From contig CATNEN010000028.1 in the NCBI GenBank assembly GCA_950097015.1, positions 62,001-126,000 on the forward strand: a DNA stretch of 64,000 nucleotides. The letters are read 5' to 3'. Positions 1-13,900 of this stretch are shown one piece after another. A program made the translations under genes and the position numbers. Position 1 is the first letter of the stretch. Each line of letters opens with the position of its first letter. This DNA is from Macrostomum hystrix (lineage: Eukaryota; Animalia; Platyhelminthes). The notes beneath the pieces are model-generated. The model was not told where the DNA came from. It worked only from the letters and a program-made list of their open reading frames with translations, and did no database searches.

Positions 1-342
1 CCAGTGTACACTTGCCAGCGACCAACCCCTTCCCCAGCGTACACTTGCCAGCGACCAACCCCTTCCCCAGCGTACACTTGCCTGCGACCAACCCCTTCCC
101 CAGCGTACACTTGCCAGCGACCAACCCCTTCCCCAGCGTACACTTGCCAGCGACCAACCCCTTCCCCAGCGTACACTTGCCTGCGACCAACCCCTTCCCC
201 AGCGTACACTTGCCAGCGACCAACCCCTTCCCCAGCGTACACTTGCCAGCGACCAACCCCTTCCCCAGCGTACACTTGCCTGCGACCAACCCCTTCCCCA
301 GCGTACACTTGCTTGCGACCAACCCCTTCCACCAGCGTACAC
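1..342. repeat. 33-bp tandem repeat, about 10 copies (truncated by window start)
   Basis: Unit ccagcgtacacttgccagcgaccaaccccttcc. It explains the spurious ORFs 4..345 and 12..395. Confidence 0.95.
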
Positions 343-1862
343 TGACCTGTGACCAACAGTGCTACAAAGGTTTAACTGAATTCCCTGAGAATTAGTCTGC
401 TACTATGACCTGCTCTCGTAGGCTATCGATTCGCCCAACAAAAACTGTGCAAGCAACAAAACTCGAGGCAAGTTACGAAACAACGTGCCGTGTTTGTTAG
501 CTTACCTGGGAAACTACGCTGGTAAATACCTGAACTTCAGTTCGGCCTGAATTCACGCCTTTCTCTGTTAGAAGCAGTGAGACTTTCTTTGGCTTATTAC
601 ATTGATCAGGTTTCTATTATTTTGCACACGCCCGGTCAGGCATTCGTGACCTGAAGCCAAGTCACGTTGCGCCTCTCCGGGAAATCGCCAGCAACGACAA
701 AGCAACGAACATTCAGTGAATCACGGCACAACGGGCGTTGCGTTTTAACCTTTTGCCTAAGCTTTCAAAATAAAATAAAAAAGTCTTCAATAACAGGCCA
801 GGTGAGAAATCATAGCAGCGAAGGGTGAGCGCAATAAATCACTTTTCTGAGCCGCCGTGTGTCCACATTCACCCTGTCTCAGCCTCACCGCCGCATGCGA
901 CCAGCACTGAGGCTCTAATCTGTCATTATGCTCCTATATATACTAACAAACGCGGTTGCCAAGGCTTCATCTGCGCTGTAAACAAGCTGAGCCAGCCTCC
1001 TCTCTTTCTCTCTTTATTAGAGACTCAGTTAATGGGAGAAAAAGTTAGAAAGCTCTTATTCATTATTGCCGAGAGTAGATGAGCACAATGTCATGAGATT
1101 CCATCTGTGCCTCTCCAGCCTCAAGCCCTTATCAGCAGTGGTGCTGCGGGTCGCTGATCGATATGCTTCTTCCTGAGCGTGCTAATTTTATAATGCGCCA
1201 AATTCTCAAATTCTAGTTTTATGATTTTGTGAAACGTAGTCGAGGTTGCCTTGATCTAAGACGACAAAGTAAAATCATAGAATCTGGATAGGCTGGTTCC
1301 CAAGAGACTGCTTCGGCAAAAAATAACATGCGATACAATACTAGTAAAAATATTTTGCATGTAAATAAGAAAATACACATTAGCTTTATTATTTCATAAA
1401 CGAATGAAATAAAGGATTCCCCGCATCTAAAAATAGCAACAACCCCTCCTTGGCCAATCAAATTTAAAATGCTATTTTCCACGTCACACGCCCCATTCGA
1501 TCCGCCCGGTGTAAATTAAGCAGCACTCCAGTACAAAGCTAAGAGTAGCACGGGTAGATAAAAAGCAGAGAGATTAACAATAGTCTTGAAATCTAGCGGA
1601 ACTGAGTAAATATAGCTCCGTGACCCATGCCCTTCGATATTGTTTTTGTTGAGCACAGACGACGGACGTAGAGTAGGCGGAGGAGAGAACGACAGAAAAA
1701 TAATGTTCGTTTGTTCATTCTAACTGAAAGGAGTCTCAAAAGCTAACTACTTTTTTAGTTTGATTTCTGTTCAAAGCTATGAAAAAATTGCAGCTCAACA
1801 ATGGAGCTACACTAGACAAACAGATGGCGCTTTCTTGTAGGCTCAGCGAAAACCAGCTATAC

Positions 1863-1899
1863 CGGCAGCAGCAGCAGCAGCAGCAGCAGCATCAGCAGC
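1863..1899. repeat. (CAG)n microsatellite
   Basis: gcagcagcagcagcagcagcagcagcatcagcagc. Confidence 0.85.
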
Positions 1900-2779
1900 T
1901 CTCCCTTGGACTCTTGTTGCTAAGCTAGCTTCGAGTAGCTATAGTTCTGGGATGCAAAGAGAGCTCGCTATGAGTGAAGGGAGAGAATTTAGTGGAGAAG
2001 GGGAAGGCTGCACAGCCACCCAGCCATGCAGATTGTCGAAGAAAGGAACCAAGGTGAAAGGCAATAGTCCCTCGCCCGACATACAAATCGCCTCATTCGC
2101 TTCGATGAGCTGCGCTTCGTGGAGGGCGGCAAGAACTTGGACCAGGTGCTGTTCTATATTCGCTCTCGCTCGCTCTCTTCTCGTTCATTTCTCCTCTTCT
2201 TTCAGCTGGAAGCTATATGTGCCTGAATAGGTCTGGTAAGCGCAAATTTACGAGCTACTTTCTACTGCGATGAAAGTAGATGACGCGATGGCATTAACCT
2301 GATTAAGTTCAGTCTCTCGTCTAGGCAGCTACTAAAAAATAATCATCAGACAAAACGCGTTCCGATTGGACTCCCTGTCAAGGAAATGATGGGAGAGTAT
2401 GAGGAAATTGAAGGTGAAATTATCTTCAGACAATTTTAGTCAAAGTGGCAAATTTGGCTTGCCTTGGTACCAGCGTACCTCAGAGATTCAAATCTATTTT
2501 CAATTAGTGGAGTTTAAGTGCTTCAAGAAGTGAACGCATCTTGGGTGATAACGCGGTTACAATTCAATATAGAGGGAGTAATTAGAAAAAAAATTGAGCA
2601 AAAGGCTTGCTTCCCCTACGTCTTGTCTTGTTCCGCTTTGCAACCGCATAAACCATTTCATTTCTGATTGTGATTGCACAAGTAAATTTTAAATAGACTT
2701 TTTACTTTCAATTTACGGTGCCTTGTTCAGTGCACGGCTGCACACGAGTTCGTTTCCAGCTTGTTCCTTCTTCGAACTT

Positions 2780-3105
2780 CATTCCATTCCGTCGACACCC
2801 TCCTCACACCCTTCCCTTCGCTCTGTCTAATTTTGTGTACAATTGTTTCATTTCATTCCTTTCCCTCGACACCCTCCTCACACCCTTCACTTCGCTCTGT
2901 CTAATTCTGTGTACATTTGTATCATTTCATTCCTTTCCCTCGACACCCTCCTCACACCCTTCACTTCGCTCTGTCTAATTTTGTGTACATTTGTCTCATT
3001 TCATTCCTTTCCCTCGACACCCTCCTCACACCCTTCACTTCGCTCTGTCTAATTCTGTGTACAATTGTTTCATTTCATTCCTTTCCCTCGACGCCCTCCT
3101 CACTA
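2780..3105. repeat. 74-bp tandem repeat, about 4.5 copies
   Basis: Period 74 (ORF starts 2843, 2917, 2991). Unit tcattcctttccctcgacaccctcctcacacccttcacttcgctctgtctaattttgtgtacaattgtttcatt. Confidence 0.9.
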
Positions 3106-4129
3106 CCTTCACTCAGTGCTGGAGACCGCCGATAGAAATTATGGATAACGAATGCCATCCCCTCGTGCATTTGTCTTGATGAACCCAAATTGAATAATTA
3201 CAGAACTTTGATCGATGATATGCTAAGTTTTCTCTCATGTTTTTAATTGTGATGTGTGGCGCCAACTATTCTGCCGATGCTCCATTGTGCATAGGAGAAA
3301 ATATGTTTTGCCTAATTAATAAATTACAAACTATAGGTTTCATTGATCAGCTGATATTTTGGGAGTGATAATTGTATTCGTGGATGTTTTTTCCAAACAA
3401 TTTTTTCGGATAATTTTAGAACAAATGCTGAACATTTTTCATAATTAACCATCGAGTAGGCAGTATATCAAAACGTAAGAGTACAACAAAATAATACTCC
3501 AGTGCGTGGCAGCAGCACTGTGCTCAGAAGCCACGATTCGCTGGCATGGCTCCCACCTTCCGGCAAGTTCTAAAAACACGGCATCAAGTCCTAAGCATCC
3601 CAACCGGGGTCAATTAGTCGACTCTTAAAGAACCGGTTTTACATGCTGGAGCGGAGGACGGCCTCTGGATATGCACTTACTGAGGCCGTGGGGCCGGCGA
3701 ATCAAGAAAACATTGGACGCAAGACTAGGAAGAGATTCTTCTCTCTTCTAAGTAGGGAAATTCGAAAATTATCCCCCCAGCTTCTCATCCTCCCCGAAGA
3801 CGCCACACAGACTCAGCGGCATAGAGACTATCATACGATGCTTGTTGCGAATGAAATCCTCTAGACGAGGGGGGACAAAGGGACAGACAGAAGGTGAATT
3901 GTCAGGTACATCCGCTGCTAAGGTTGGCCCCCCCTGACCATGATTAGATCCATGAATGCCGCCGGAGCTGAGAGGTGGTGTAGGAAGACGAGGCGCAACC
4001 GGTTTGGGACTAATTAGTTAATTTCGAAATCCCACTGAGTCTTCTCATATCTTTTTAGTTTTTGGATCTGAATTCCAACGGGCGAAAGAACGCATAAAAA
4101 TAAAGTGCTAAAGCCAAATCGTGAGCGCA

Positions 4130-4225
4130 AATTCAGTAAATCTGAAGGTTGCGTACGGCTCTTCAGTCCATGGACTGGGGGACGCCACACCCACCCACAA
4201 TTCTGGTGCCTATTCAACAGCTTCA
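4130..4225 (-). mobile_element. Partial copy of SINE family 1 (3' body)
   Basis: Reverse complement agctgttgaataggcacc...ggtgggtgtggcgtcccccagtccatggactgaagagccgtacgcaaccttcagat matches 24960-25056. Confidence 0.8.
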
Positions 4226-4544
4226 ACAGCTCACTAATTGAAGCTGGCTTTTTTACCGAATCTCTCGAAAAAAGAATAAAACAACTAAAACTTTAACGCC
4301 GAAGCGACTTCTGCTAGTTCTCATCGCGCTGGATCGATGTACTTTTATAAGTCATTGAGTCACCCTTAATCAAGCCTCACATAATAATATTTTGCAGCTC
4401 AAGAACATTGCACTTCCAGAGTGCTGACAGCATTGCGATTGGAAATTATTTTGTAACAGGTGCAGCTGAAACACAGAAAACATTGTTCTGCTGACAAATT
4501 TGAAGCTTTGAAGTACTTCACGAGTCTTGTTCAAGTTTTGAGCG

Positions 4545-5325
4545 GTCAAGTGCTTCCCTTTCCGTATCCCATGGGATCAAAGTAGGCTCGCTTCTTTCCG
4601 TATCCCATGGGATCAAAGAAAGCTCGCTTCTTTCCGTATCCCATGGGATCAAAGTAGGCTCGCTTCTTCTTTCCGTATCCCATGGGATCAAAGTAGGCTC
4701 GCTTCTTCTTTCCGTATCCCATGGGATCAAAGAAAGCTCGCTTCTTTCCGTATCCCATGGGATCAAAGAAAGCTCGCTTCTTTCCGTATCCCATGGGATC
4801 AAAGTAGGCTCGCTTCTTTCCGTATCCCATGGGATCAAAGTAGGCTCGCTTCTTTCCGTATCCCATGGGATCAAAGTAGGCTCGCTTCTTCTTTCCGTAT
4901 CCCATGGGATCAAAGTAGGCTCGCTTCTTCTTTCCGTATCCCATGGGATCAAAGAAGGCTCGCTTCTTTCCGTACCCCATGGGATCAAAGTAGGCTCGCT
5001 TCTTCTTTCCGTATCCCATGGGATCAAAGTAGGCTCGCTTCTTTCCGTATCCCATGGGATCAAAGTAGGCTCGCTTCTTTCCGTACCCCATGGGATCAAA
5101 GTAGGCTCGCTTCTTCTTTCCGTATCCCATGGGATCAAAGTAGGCTCGCTTCTTTCCGTACCCCATGGGATCAAAGTAGGCTCGCTTCTTTCCGTATCCC
5201 ATGGGATCAAAGTAGGCTCGCTTCTTTCCGTACCCCATGGGATCAAAGTAGGCTCTCTTCTTTCCGTATCCCATGGGATCAAAGTAGGCTCTCTTCTTTC
5301 CGTACCCCATGGGATCAAAGTAGGC
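4545..5325. repeat. 36/39-bp tandem repeat, about 21 copies
   Basis: Unit cccatgggatcaaagtaggctcgcttctttccgtat, with a +3 (ctt) variant. ORFs 4518 and 4546 are spurious. Confidence 0.95.
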
Positions 5326-5844
5326 CCTCTTATTATCAGGATTCTCTAGGTCCGATTCTTCGATGGCAGTGCTGTGCTGACGGTTTGCCTGAAATCAATC
5401 GAACGCAAGTTTGGAAGGTTAGAATGAAGCCTTTATGATTACCGCGGAATCCAGGTGCAATAGCTGACTTACATCAGCGCCTTCAGCCTGGTGACCGAGA
5501 GTCAGCGCCACTGCCAGCAGAGCCAGCGCGCACATGATGGCTGCGGCCTGCATCGCTGAGCTGGCCGAAGACTTTCAAGAAAAAGCTTATCTTCAATGAA
5601 CTGCGGAGTTTGTTCGATTCTCAGATTGTCTGTTTCAGCGCTGCTGACGACTGTGGAGCCTCGCAAAGGAAAGAAATCTGAGGTCGACTTCCAGAGAAAT
5701 GTTTTATGTCCCTCCTCCGCCCACCTGACCGACTGAACGGGGAGCTGAGGCGAGAACGAGAACCAATGGGCGATGTGGGACCGGGTTGCTGCGCAAGCTG
5801 TAGGATTGGTCTGCTGGGGTGGGATGGGAGATGTAGTAAAACAG

Positions 5845-7230
5845 CTCCTGCATTCATGCCAGTCTCCAGCATTCATGCCAGTCTCCTGCATTAGTGCCAG
5901 TCTCCAGCATTCGTGCCAGTCTCCAGCATTCATGCCAGTCTCCTGCATTCATGCCAGTCCCCAGCATTCATGTCAGTCTCCTGCATTAGTGCCAGTCTCC
6001 AGCATTCATGCCAGTCTCCAGCATTCATGCCAGTCTCCAGCATTAGTGCCAGTCTCCAGCATTCGTGCCAGTCTCCAGCATTCATGTCAGTCTCCTTCAT
6101 TAGTGCCAGTCTCCAGCATTCATGTCAGTCTCCTGCATTAGTGCCAGTCTCCAGCATTCATGCCAGTCTCCAGCATTCATGCCAGTCTCCAGCATTAGTG
6201 CCAGTCTCCAGCATTCGTGCCAGTCTCCAGCATTCATGCCAGTCTCCAGCATTCATGCCAGTCTCCAGCATTCGTGCCAGTCTCCAGCATTCATGCCAGT
6301 CTCCAGCATTCGTGCCAGTCTCCAGCATTCATGCCAGTCTCCAGCATTCATGCCAGTCTCCAGCATTCGTGCCAGTCTCCAGCATTAGTGCCAGTCTCCA
6401 GCATTAGTGCCAGTCTCCAGCATTAGTGCCAGTCTCCAGCATTCATGCCAGTTTCCAGCATTCATGCCAGTCTCCAGCATTAGTGCCAGTCTCCAGCATT
6501 CATGCCAGTCTCCTGCATTCATGCCAGTCTCCAGCATTCATGCCAGTCTCCAGCATTCATGCCAGTCTCCAGCATTCATGCCAGTCTCCTGCATTCATGC
6601 CAGTCTCCAGCATTCATGCCAGTCTCCAGGATTCATGCCAGTCTCCAGCATTAGTGCCAGTCTCCAGCATTCATGCCAGTCTCCAGCATTCATGCCAGTC
6701 TCCTGCATTCATGCCAGTCTCCAGCATTCATGCCAGTCTCCAGCATTCATGCCAGTCTCCAGCATTCATGCCAGTCTCCTGCATTCATGCCAGTCTCCAG
6801 CATTCATGCCAGTCTCCAGGATTCATGCCAGTCTCCAGCATTAGTGCCAGTCTCCAGCATTCATGCCAGTCTCCAGCATTCATGCCAGTCTCCAGCATTA
6901 GTGCCAGTCTCCAGCATTCATGCCAGTCTCCAGCATTCATGCCAGTCTCCAGCATTCATGCCAGTCTCCAGCATTCATGCCAGTCTCCTGCATTCATGCC
7001 AGTCTCCAGCATTCATGCCAGTCTCCAGCATTCATGCCAGTCTCCTGCATTCATGCCAGTCTCCTGCATTCATGCCAGTCTCCTGCATTCATGCCAGTCT
7101 CCTGCATTCATGCCAGTCCCCAGCATTCATGCCAGTCTCCAGCATTCATGCCAGTCTCCAGCATTCATGCCAGTCTCCAGGATTCATGCCAGTCTCCAGC
7201 ATTAGTGCCAGTCTCCAGCATTCATGCCAG
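5845..7230. repeat. 19-bp tandem repeat, about 70 copies
   Basis: Unit catgccagtctccagcatt. Confidence 0.95.
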
Positions 7231-7879
7231 TATCTGGCCTAAGCAATCTCGAGCATGGCTAAAATAAGAGTGCTAACGCAACTGTACTTTTCCATTAAAA
7301 TGTTTTATTCAAAGACCACTATTAAAATGTCACTGGTGGATTATAGATAACTGAAATGAGGAAAAGAGTTCGAATTTATTTTTAATACAAAAAATTAACT
7401 CTCGGTGGGATAAATTTCGTCACAAAGGAGCCATTTCGTTCTAAAAGAGATGCCACCTTCAGCTGCTCCCGGAAGCAACCTGGCCAGTGTCCGATTTCAC
7501 CTGGCTTAGAGTCAATTTCCAGCAAGAAATCCATGAGACTCGAACGAATGGACAGTCGGGGGGTAACTTCAGGTGCTGCTCTCCCACCGACTGGGACTAA
7601 GGAGACTTGTAAGCGGCCTCACTAAGCCGTTGGCGTTGAGTCTTGACGCACGCCCGCGTGGTCTCATAATCTTCGGCTGCTCATTCCTCGTCATGAGCTG
7701 CGGGACAGATGAAAAATCCACAGATTCAAAAAAATGCTCGGAAAACTTTGCCAACAACGGTGTGCTCAGAAACCTACAGGTCCCAATGCCTCACTCTACT
7801 CTTCATTGTTCCATTATTTAATTCTACTTCTGTTTGGCAATCTCCTATTATCTATTTCTACCTTCTTCTACCTTATAGT

Positions 7880-9300
7880 ATCATTCTACTTCTCACAGTC
7901 TCATGCTACTTCTCATATTCATGTTTTACTTCTCACAGTCTCATGCTACTTCTCCTATTCATGTTCTACTTCTCACAGTCTCATTGCTACTTCTCATATT
8001 CATGTTTTACTTCTCACAGTTTCATGCTACTTCTCATATTCGTGTTTTACTTTTCACAGTCTCATGCTACTTCTCATATTCGTGTTTTACTTCTCACAGT
8101 CTCATGCTACTTCTCATATTCATGTTTTACTTCTCACAGTCTCATGCTACTTCTCCTATTCATGTTCTACTTCTCACAGTCTCATTGCTACTTCTCATAT
8201 TCATGTTTTACTTCTCACAGTCTCATGCTACTTCTCATATTCATGTTTTACTTCTCACAGTCTCATGCTACTTCTCATATTCATGTTTTACTTCTCACAG
8301 TCTCATGCTACTTCTCCTATTCATGTTCTACTTCTCACAGTCTCATGCTACTTCTCATATTCATGTTTTACTTCTCACAGTCTCATGCTACTTCTCATAT
8401 TCATGTTTTACTTCTCACAGTCTCATGCTACTTCTCCTATTCATGTTCTACTTCTCACAGTCTCATTGCTACTTCTCATATTCATGTTTTACTTCTCACA
8501 GTCTCATGCTACTTCTCATATTCATGTTTTACTTCTCACAGTCTCATGCTACTTCTCCTATTCATGTTTTACTTCTCACAGTCTCATGCTACTTCTCATA
8601 TTCGTGTTTTACTTCTCACAGTCTCATGCTACTTCTCATATTCATGTTTTACTTCTCACAGTCTCATGCTACTTCTCCTATTCATGTTCTACTTCTCACA
8701 GTCTCATTGCTACTTCTCATATTCATGTTTTACTTTTCACAGTCTCATGCTACTTCTCATATTCATGTTTTACTTCTCACAGTCTCATGCTACTTCTCAT
8801 ATTCATGTTTTACTTCTCACAGTCTCATGCTACTTCTCCTATTCATGTTTTACTTCTCACAGTCTCATGCTACTTCTCATATTCGTGTTTTACTTTTCAC
8901 AGTCTTATGCTACTTCTCATATTCATGTTTTACTTCTCATGGTCTCATGCTACTTCTCATATTCATGTTTTACTTCTCACAGTTTCATGCTACTTCTCAT
9001 ATTCGTGTTTTACTTTTCACAGTCTCATGCTACTTCTCATATTCGTGTTTTACTTCTCACAGTCTCATGCTACTTCTCATATTCATGTTTTACTTCTCAC
9101 AGTCTCATGCAACTTCTCATATTCGTGTTTTACTTTTCACAGTCTCATGCTACTTCTCATATTCGTGTTTTACTTCTCACAGTCTCATGCTACTTCTCAT
9201 ATTCATGTTTTACTTCTCACAGTCTCATGCTACTTCTCATATTCGTGTTTTACTTCTCACAGTCTCATGCTACTTCTCCTATTCATGTTCTACTTCTCAT
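7880..9300. repeat. 40-bp tandem repeat (dimer of two diverged 20-mers), about 35 copies
   Basis: Unit tctcatgctacttctcatat + tcatgttttacttctcacag. Confidence 0.95.
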
Positions 9301-9469
9301 CTCTCATTTCTACCTCTTCTTGTTTCACAGTGATATGCACTAAAAATGTGTTTGCATACTACTAAACACAAATGTTTTCAGTAGGGGTCAACGCATTTTG
9401 TTATTATAACCATTGCTTTTAGCAGCAATCTTTTTCAGTTCTATTGGGTATGCGAAACTTTGGAGCATT

Positions 9470-10420
9470 TCTCTCCCAACCATCTATGCCTATACCTGTC
9501 TCACCCAATTCTCTGTGCATTCTCCTTCTCCCAACCATCTATGCCTATACCTGTCTCACCCAATTCTCTGTGCCTTCTCCTTCTCCCAACCATCTATGCC
9601 TATACCTGTCTCACCCAATTCTCTGTGCCTTCTCCTTCTCCCAACCATCTATGCCTATACCTGTCTCACCCAATTCTCTGTGCCTTCTCCTTCTCCCAAC
9701 CATCTATGCCTATACCTGTCTCACCCAATTCTCTGTGCCTTCTCCTTCTCCCAACCATCTATGCCTATACCTGTCTCACCCAATTCTCTGTGCCTTCTCC
9801 TTCTCCCAACCATCTATGCCTATACCTGTCTCACCCAATTCTCTGTGCATTCTCCTTCTCCCAACCATCTATGCCTATACCTGTCTCACCCAATTCTCTG
9901 TGCATTCTCCTTCTCCCAACCATCTATGCCTATACCTGTCTCACCCAATTCTCTGTGCCTTCTCCTTCTCCCAACCATCTATGCCTATACCTGTCTCACC
10001 CAATTCTCTGTGCCTTCTCCTTCTCCCCATCCTCTACCCTTTCTCCTTCTCCCATCCTCTACCCCTTCTCCTTATCCCAAACCTCTACCCCTTCTCATTC
10101 TCCATATTCTCTTCCCCTTCTCCTTCTCCATCATCTACTCTTTCTCCTTCTCCATATCCAATACCCCTTCTCCTTCTCCCATCCTCTACCCTTTCTCCTT
10201 ATCCCTAACCTCTACCCCTTCTCCTTCTCCCATCCTCTACCCCTTCTCCTTCTCCATATTCTCTACCCATTCTCCTTCTCCATCCTCTACCCTTTCTCCT
10301 TCTCCCATCCTCTACCCCTTCTCCTTCTCCAATCCTCTACCCTTCTCCTTCTCCCTTCCTCTACCCTTTTTCCTTCTTCCATCCTCTACCCTTCTCCTTC
10401 TCCCATCCTCTATCCCTTCT
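9470..10420. repeat. 55-bp tandem repeat (about 10 copies) decaying into a CT-rich low-complexity tract
   Basis: atgcctatac recurs at 9541, 9596 and onward. 10030-10420 is a degenerate tctccttctcc/ctctaccc repeat. Confidence 0.9.
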
Positions 10421-10597
10421 CCTGCTTCACAACAGGAAAGCCCGCTCTCATTCAGCATGCGAGCCTACGCTTCACCTGGACCAATAGCAGCTTTGTTAGG
10501 CCCTTAAATCCCTGCCTTAAAAGGCTTAAGCTGCTCCTAGACCTTGGGTTTAGAAGTGCAGGTGAGCAGCAGCCTACAAGGCGTCTCACAGAAGCGG

Positions 10598-10938
10598 ATG
10601 GACAAGCCGAGTGTTCGCTATCAGAAGCTGCGAGAACGGGCTCAGAAGCGGGACAGCGTGGACTCCAAGCAGTCTGGCAGCGATGCCAGCTCCGGCAGCC
10701 AGACGCAGCTTCTGGCGCCGACGTCCGCGTCAGGTACTGCGACGTCAGCCGAGGAGCCGCAGGCATCGCTGCAGCAGCAGCAGCAGCGAATTCAGGTGCC
10801 ATCAGTCCAGGTGGAATCTGCTGGCACATCCTCCGTCAGTCTTCGCTCACCTGTGGCCGGTGGAGGCGCGGCCCAGTCTGCGATTACGTCGCCAACATCG
10901 TCTGGAGCGTCGAACTCGGATCGTCCAAAGCAACAGCC

Positions 10939-10971
<33 letters not shown>

Positions 10972-13900
10972 AGGCAGCGTGCGCTCTGACGAGGGCACAG
11001 TGGCCACGGAGACCACCACGGATGAAGTGCCGGGCGGTGCCCGCGTGCTGCAGCATTGCCGCCGGGGCGAATGGGCCAACGTTGAGGCTAAGCTCAGGAA
11101 AGGGGATTTTCATCCCTCCGAGCTCACGGAGGCGGAGGAGGTTAGCTCGAGATGCTGTTCATGATCCCTAGTCATGGTTCTGCTCATGATGCTAGTCATG
11201 GTTCTGCTCATGATGCTAGTCATGGTTCTGCGCATGATGCTAGTCATGGTTCTGCGCATGATGCTAGTCATGGTTCTGCTCATGATGCTAGTCATGGTTC
11301 TGCGCATGATGCTAGTCATGGTTCTGCGCATGATGCTAGTCATGGTTCTGCGCATGATGCTAGTCATGGTTCTGCTCATGATGCTAGTCATGGTTCTGCG
11401 CATGATGCTAGTCATGGTTCTGCGCATGATGCTAGTCATGGTTCTGCGCATGATGCTAGTCATGGTTTTGCTCATGATGCTAGTCATGGTTCTGCGCATG
11501 ATGCTAGTCATGGTTCTGCTCATGATGCTAGTCATGGTTCTGCTCATGATGCTAGTCATGGTTCTGCTCATGATGCTAGTCATGGTTCTGCTCATGATGC
11601 TAGTCATGGTTCTGCTCATGATGCTAGTCATGGTTCTGCTCATGATGCTAGTCATGGTTCTGCTCATGATGCTAGTCATGGTTCTGCTCATGATGCTAGT
11701 CATGGTTCTGCTCATGATCCTAGTCATGGTTCTGCTCATGATCCTAGTCATGGTTCTGCTCATGATGCTAGACATGGTTCTGCTCATGGTTTTAGCCTGG
11801 GTACAAGCATATTATTTATGAAAATGATTTGCATTCCAGGGCACCGGGGAGACTCCACTAATGATGGCCTGCCGCGAGAACAAACTGGTCATTGTGGACC
11901 GGCTGCTGGAAAGCGGCGCCGGAGCATTCGAAAAGTGTGCGGTAAGTTGGACGAAATCCGACTTGAGCTGGGGTTGCTGAGGACAATAAATTTCTGAGCA
12001 TTTGCTCACACTGGCTCACAACTAGCTCCCCAGGTTGTTGCCAATAGCAACGCCTTGAACACAATCAACTAGCCTACCTTTCATTTTAATCTAGCCAGAG
12101 ACCTGATTAGTTGAGTCGCATAGAATAGAATTGCAGCTGGAGGCAGAGGCTGGTAGAATGAGAAGGAACTTTGAGAACTGGCACACCGGACGCGGGTCCC
12201 GTCATCTCACTCAAGTTGGGGCAAAGGAAGCGGCTTTATTAGAATGGCTATTGTGAAAATTCTTCTTTTCAATAAAATCGCGCAAATCCAAGAACCGGGT
12301 CCCTGGCTGGCTGGGTATAGTAAAATCATTGATCAATTCTATAGCGACTATGATTAAGCTAGCTGTAAGGCCAGTCGTGTTAGCCAGCACCTTACTGCAA
12401 GGTCTATCAAGAATTCTCGCTTCTTAATTAGTCAGCCCTTAGCAACATAAACATTTCGTGTAGATGGTTTTACGAGTAAAGAATGTGTTAAACGTGTGTG
12501 GACCAAGTGTGGATCAGGTAGGTGTATTCCTGCACCTAGGCCCTGAATGGAAGCTTTTTGATAGAAATTACGAGCTAACTTACTTGTCAAGGGGCGATTC
12601 AAAATGCTTAGTTTTCTACAGTGCTTTTTCGAAATATCTACGTTCCAAAGCTCCATGACAAACACAGTCAGACGAAGACGGGTCATTGTTAAGAAAATCT
12701 ATCTCGGTCATAGAGAAGCCAACCCATGAAGCTGACTTTGAGTTATACATTTTCTCCATAGAAACGTAGTCTATGGCCTAGGCATAGAATTAACTCATAT
12801 GCATTAACACCATACACAAGGTCGAGCTGTGAACAAACTCGAGTTTCTATCAGAACCTACGTTCGTATGGTGTAAATAAAAAACGTTTGGTTCAGACTGA
12901 ATTACTAGCATTCAGCATAGGTCAGAGATGAAACTTTAAAAAGCTGTCCAATTAAAAACGCTCTCATGTCATTTTTGGTATTCAGGATGGTCGGACAGCG
13001 CTGCACTTCGCCAGCCAATACGCAAAGGATGACGTCATCAAGCTGTTGCTAGGCAAAAAAGCCGACCCCAACCAGACAGGCGGGGTGAGTAGAGTCGGAC
13101 ACGCAAAGGCTCTGTCACTCATTTCATGGCCCCTGAATTTTGGAAGACTTCACTTTCTTTTCGTCTCTTGCCGATGTCTGTGCGAATGAGCTATACTAAC
13201 CTCTGCAAGGGTCTCACAAGGGGGTGAGTTGTAGAGCAGTTAACGCGTTTGCCTCTCGCGACCCAAGGTTCCTCAGCTCGATTCCGTGGCGAGGCCACAT
13301 ACATTTGGGGTGCAGCTGCGAAGAGAAGGCTTGGGACTTGTCGTGAAAGTGGACACTGCCTGACGATGAGAAAGTCAGGGCAGATGTACACACCTGTGTG
13401 AGCATGTGCCTGCGTACGGTATCTGTGTGCGTGTGTGCTCAGGAGTTAGTGGAATGGGCGGAATCGCCTTCTCGCTGGCTGCGGGTCTAGTGTTACCAAA
13501 TTGTGTGCCATTGCCTGCAGCCCTCCTGAAATTATTGTACATTTTAAATTTATTATTTTTATTATTGGGGCCTCACGAAAGTACGAAAATATCGAATTTT
13601 ACAGCCCCTCGACCAGACACCGCTGCACTTTGCCTGCCAACGGACTCTATCAGCCTTGCCGGCTGTCGCGACTCTGCTGAAGGTGACCAAGAATGGACGC
13701 CTATTAACTGACAAGGTAAGATAACTGACCTTGAGACTGCTGACTATCTGATAAGTAGATGTTTTCCAAAGTAAAAACAAATTTCATTGTCAGTCGGGAA
13801 ATATCCCATTGTACTACGCGGTTGATAGCGGCAACGCCCTAGTGATGAAGGAGCTGCTAGACAAGGACACGGATGTGCAGGTGCGGTGGCAGCAGCAGGC

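Noticed and set aside
2068-2148. Isolated exon-like stretch (RLIRFDELRFVEGGKNLDQ)
   Set aside because: Weak splice sites, no partner exons, and no recognisable family.
4545-5325. CRISPR-like 36-bp repeats with palindrome CCCATGGG
   Set aside because: The repeats are head-to-tail with no unique spacers, the context is eukaryotic, and there are no cas genes.
13357-13385. Hammerhead-like CTGACGA...GAAA in the SINE2 hairpin
   Set aside because: Stems II and III cannot form properly, and the copy at about 25445 has GATA. It is better explained as a simple conserved stem-loop.
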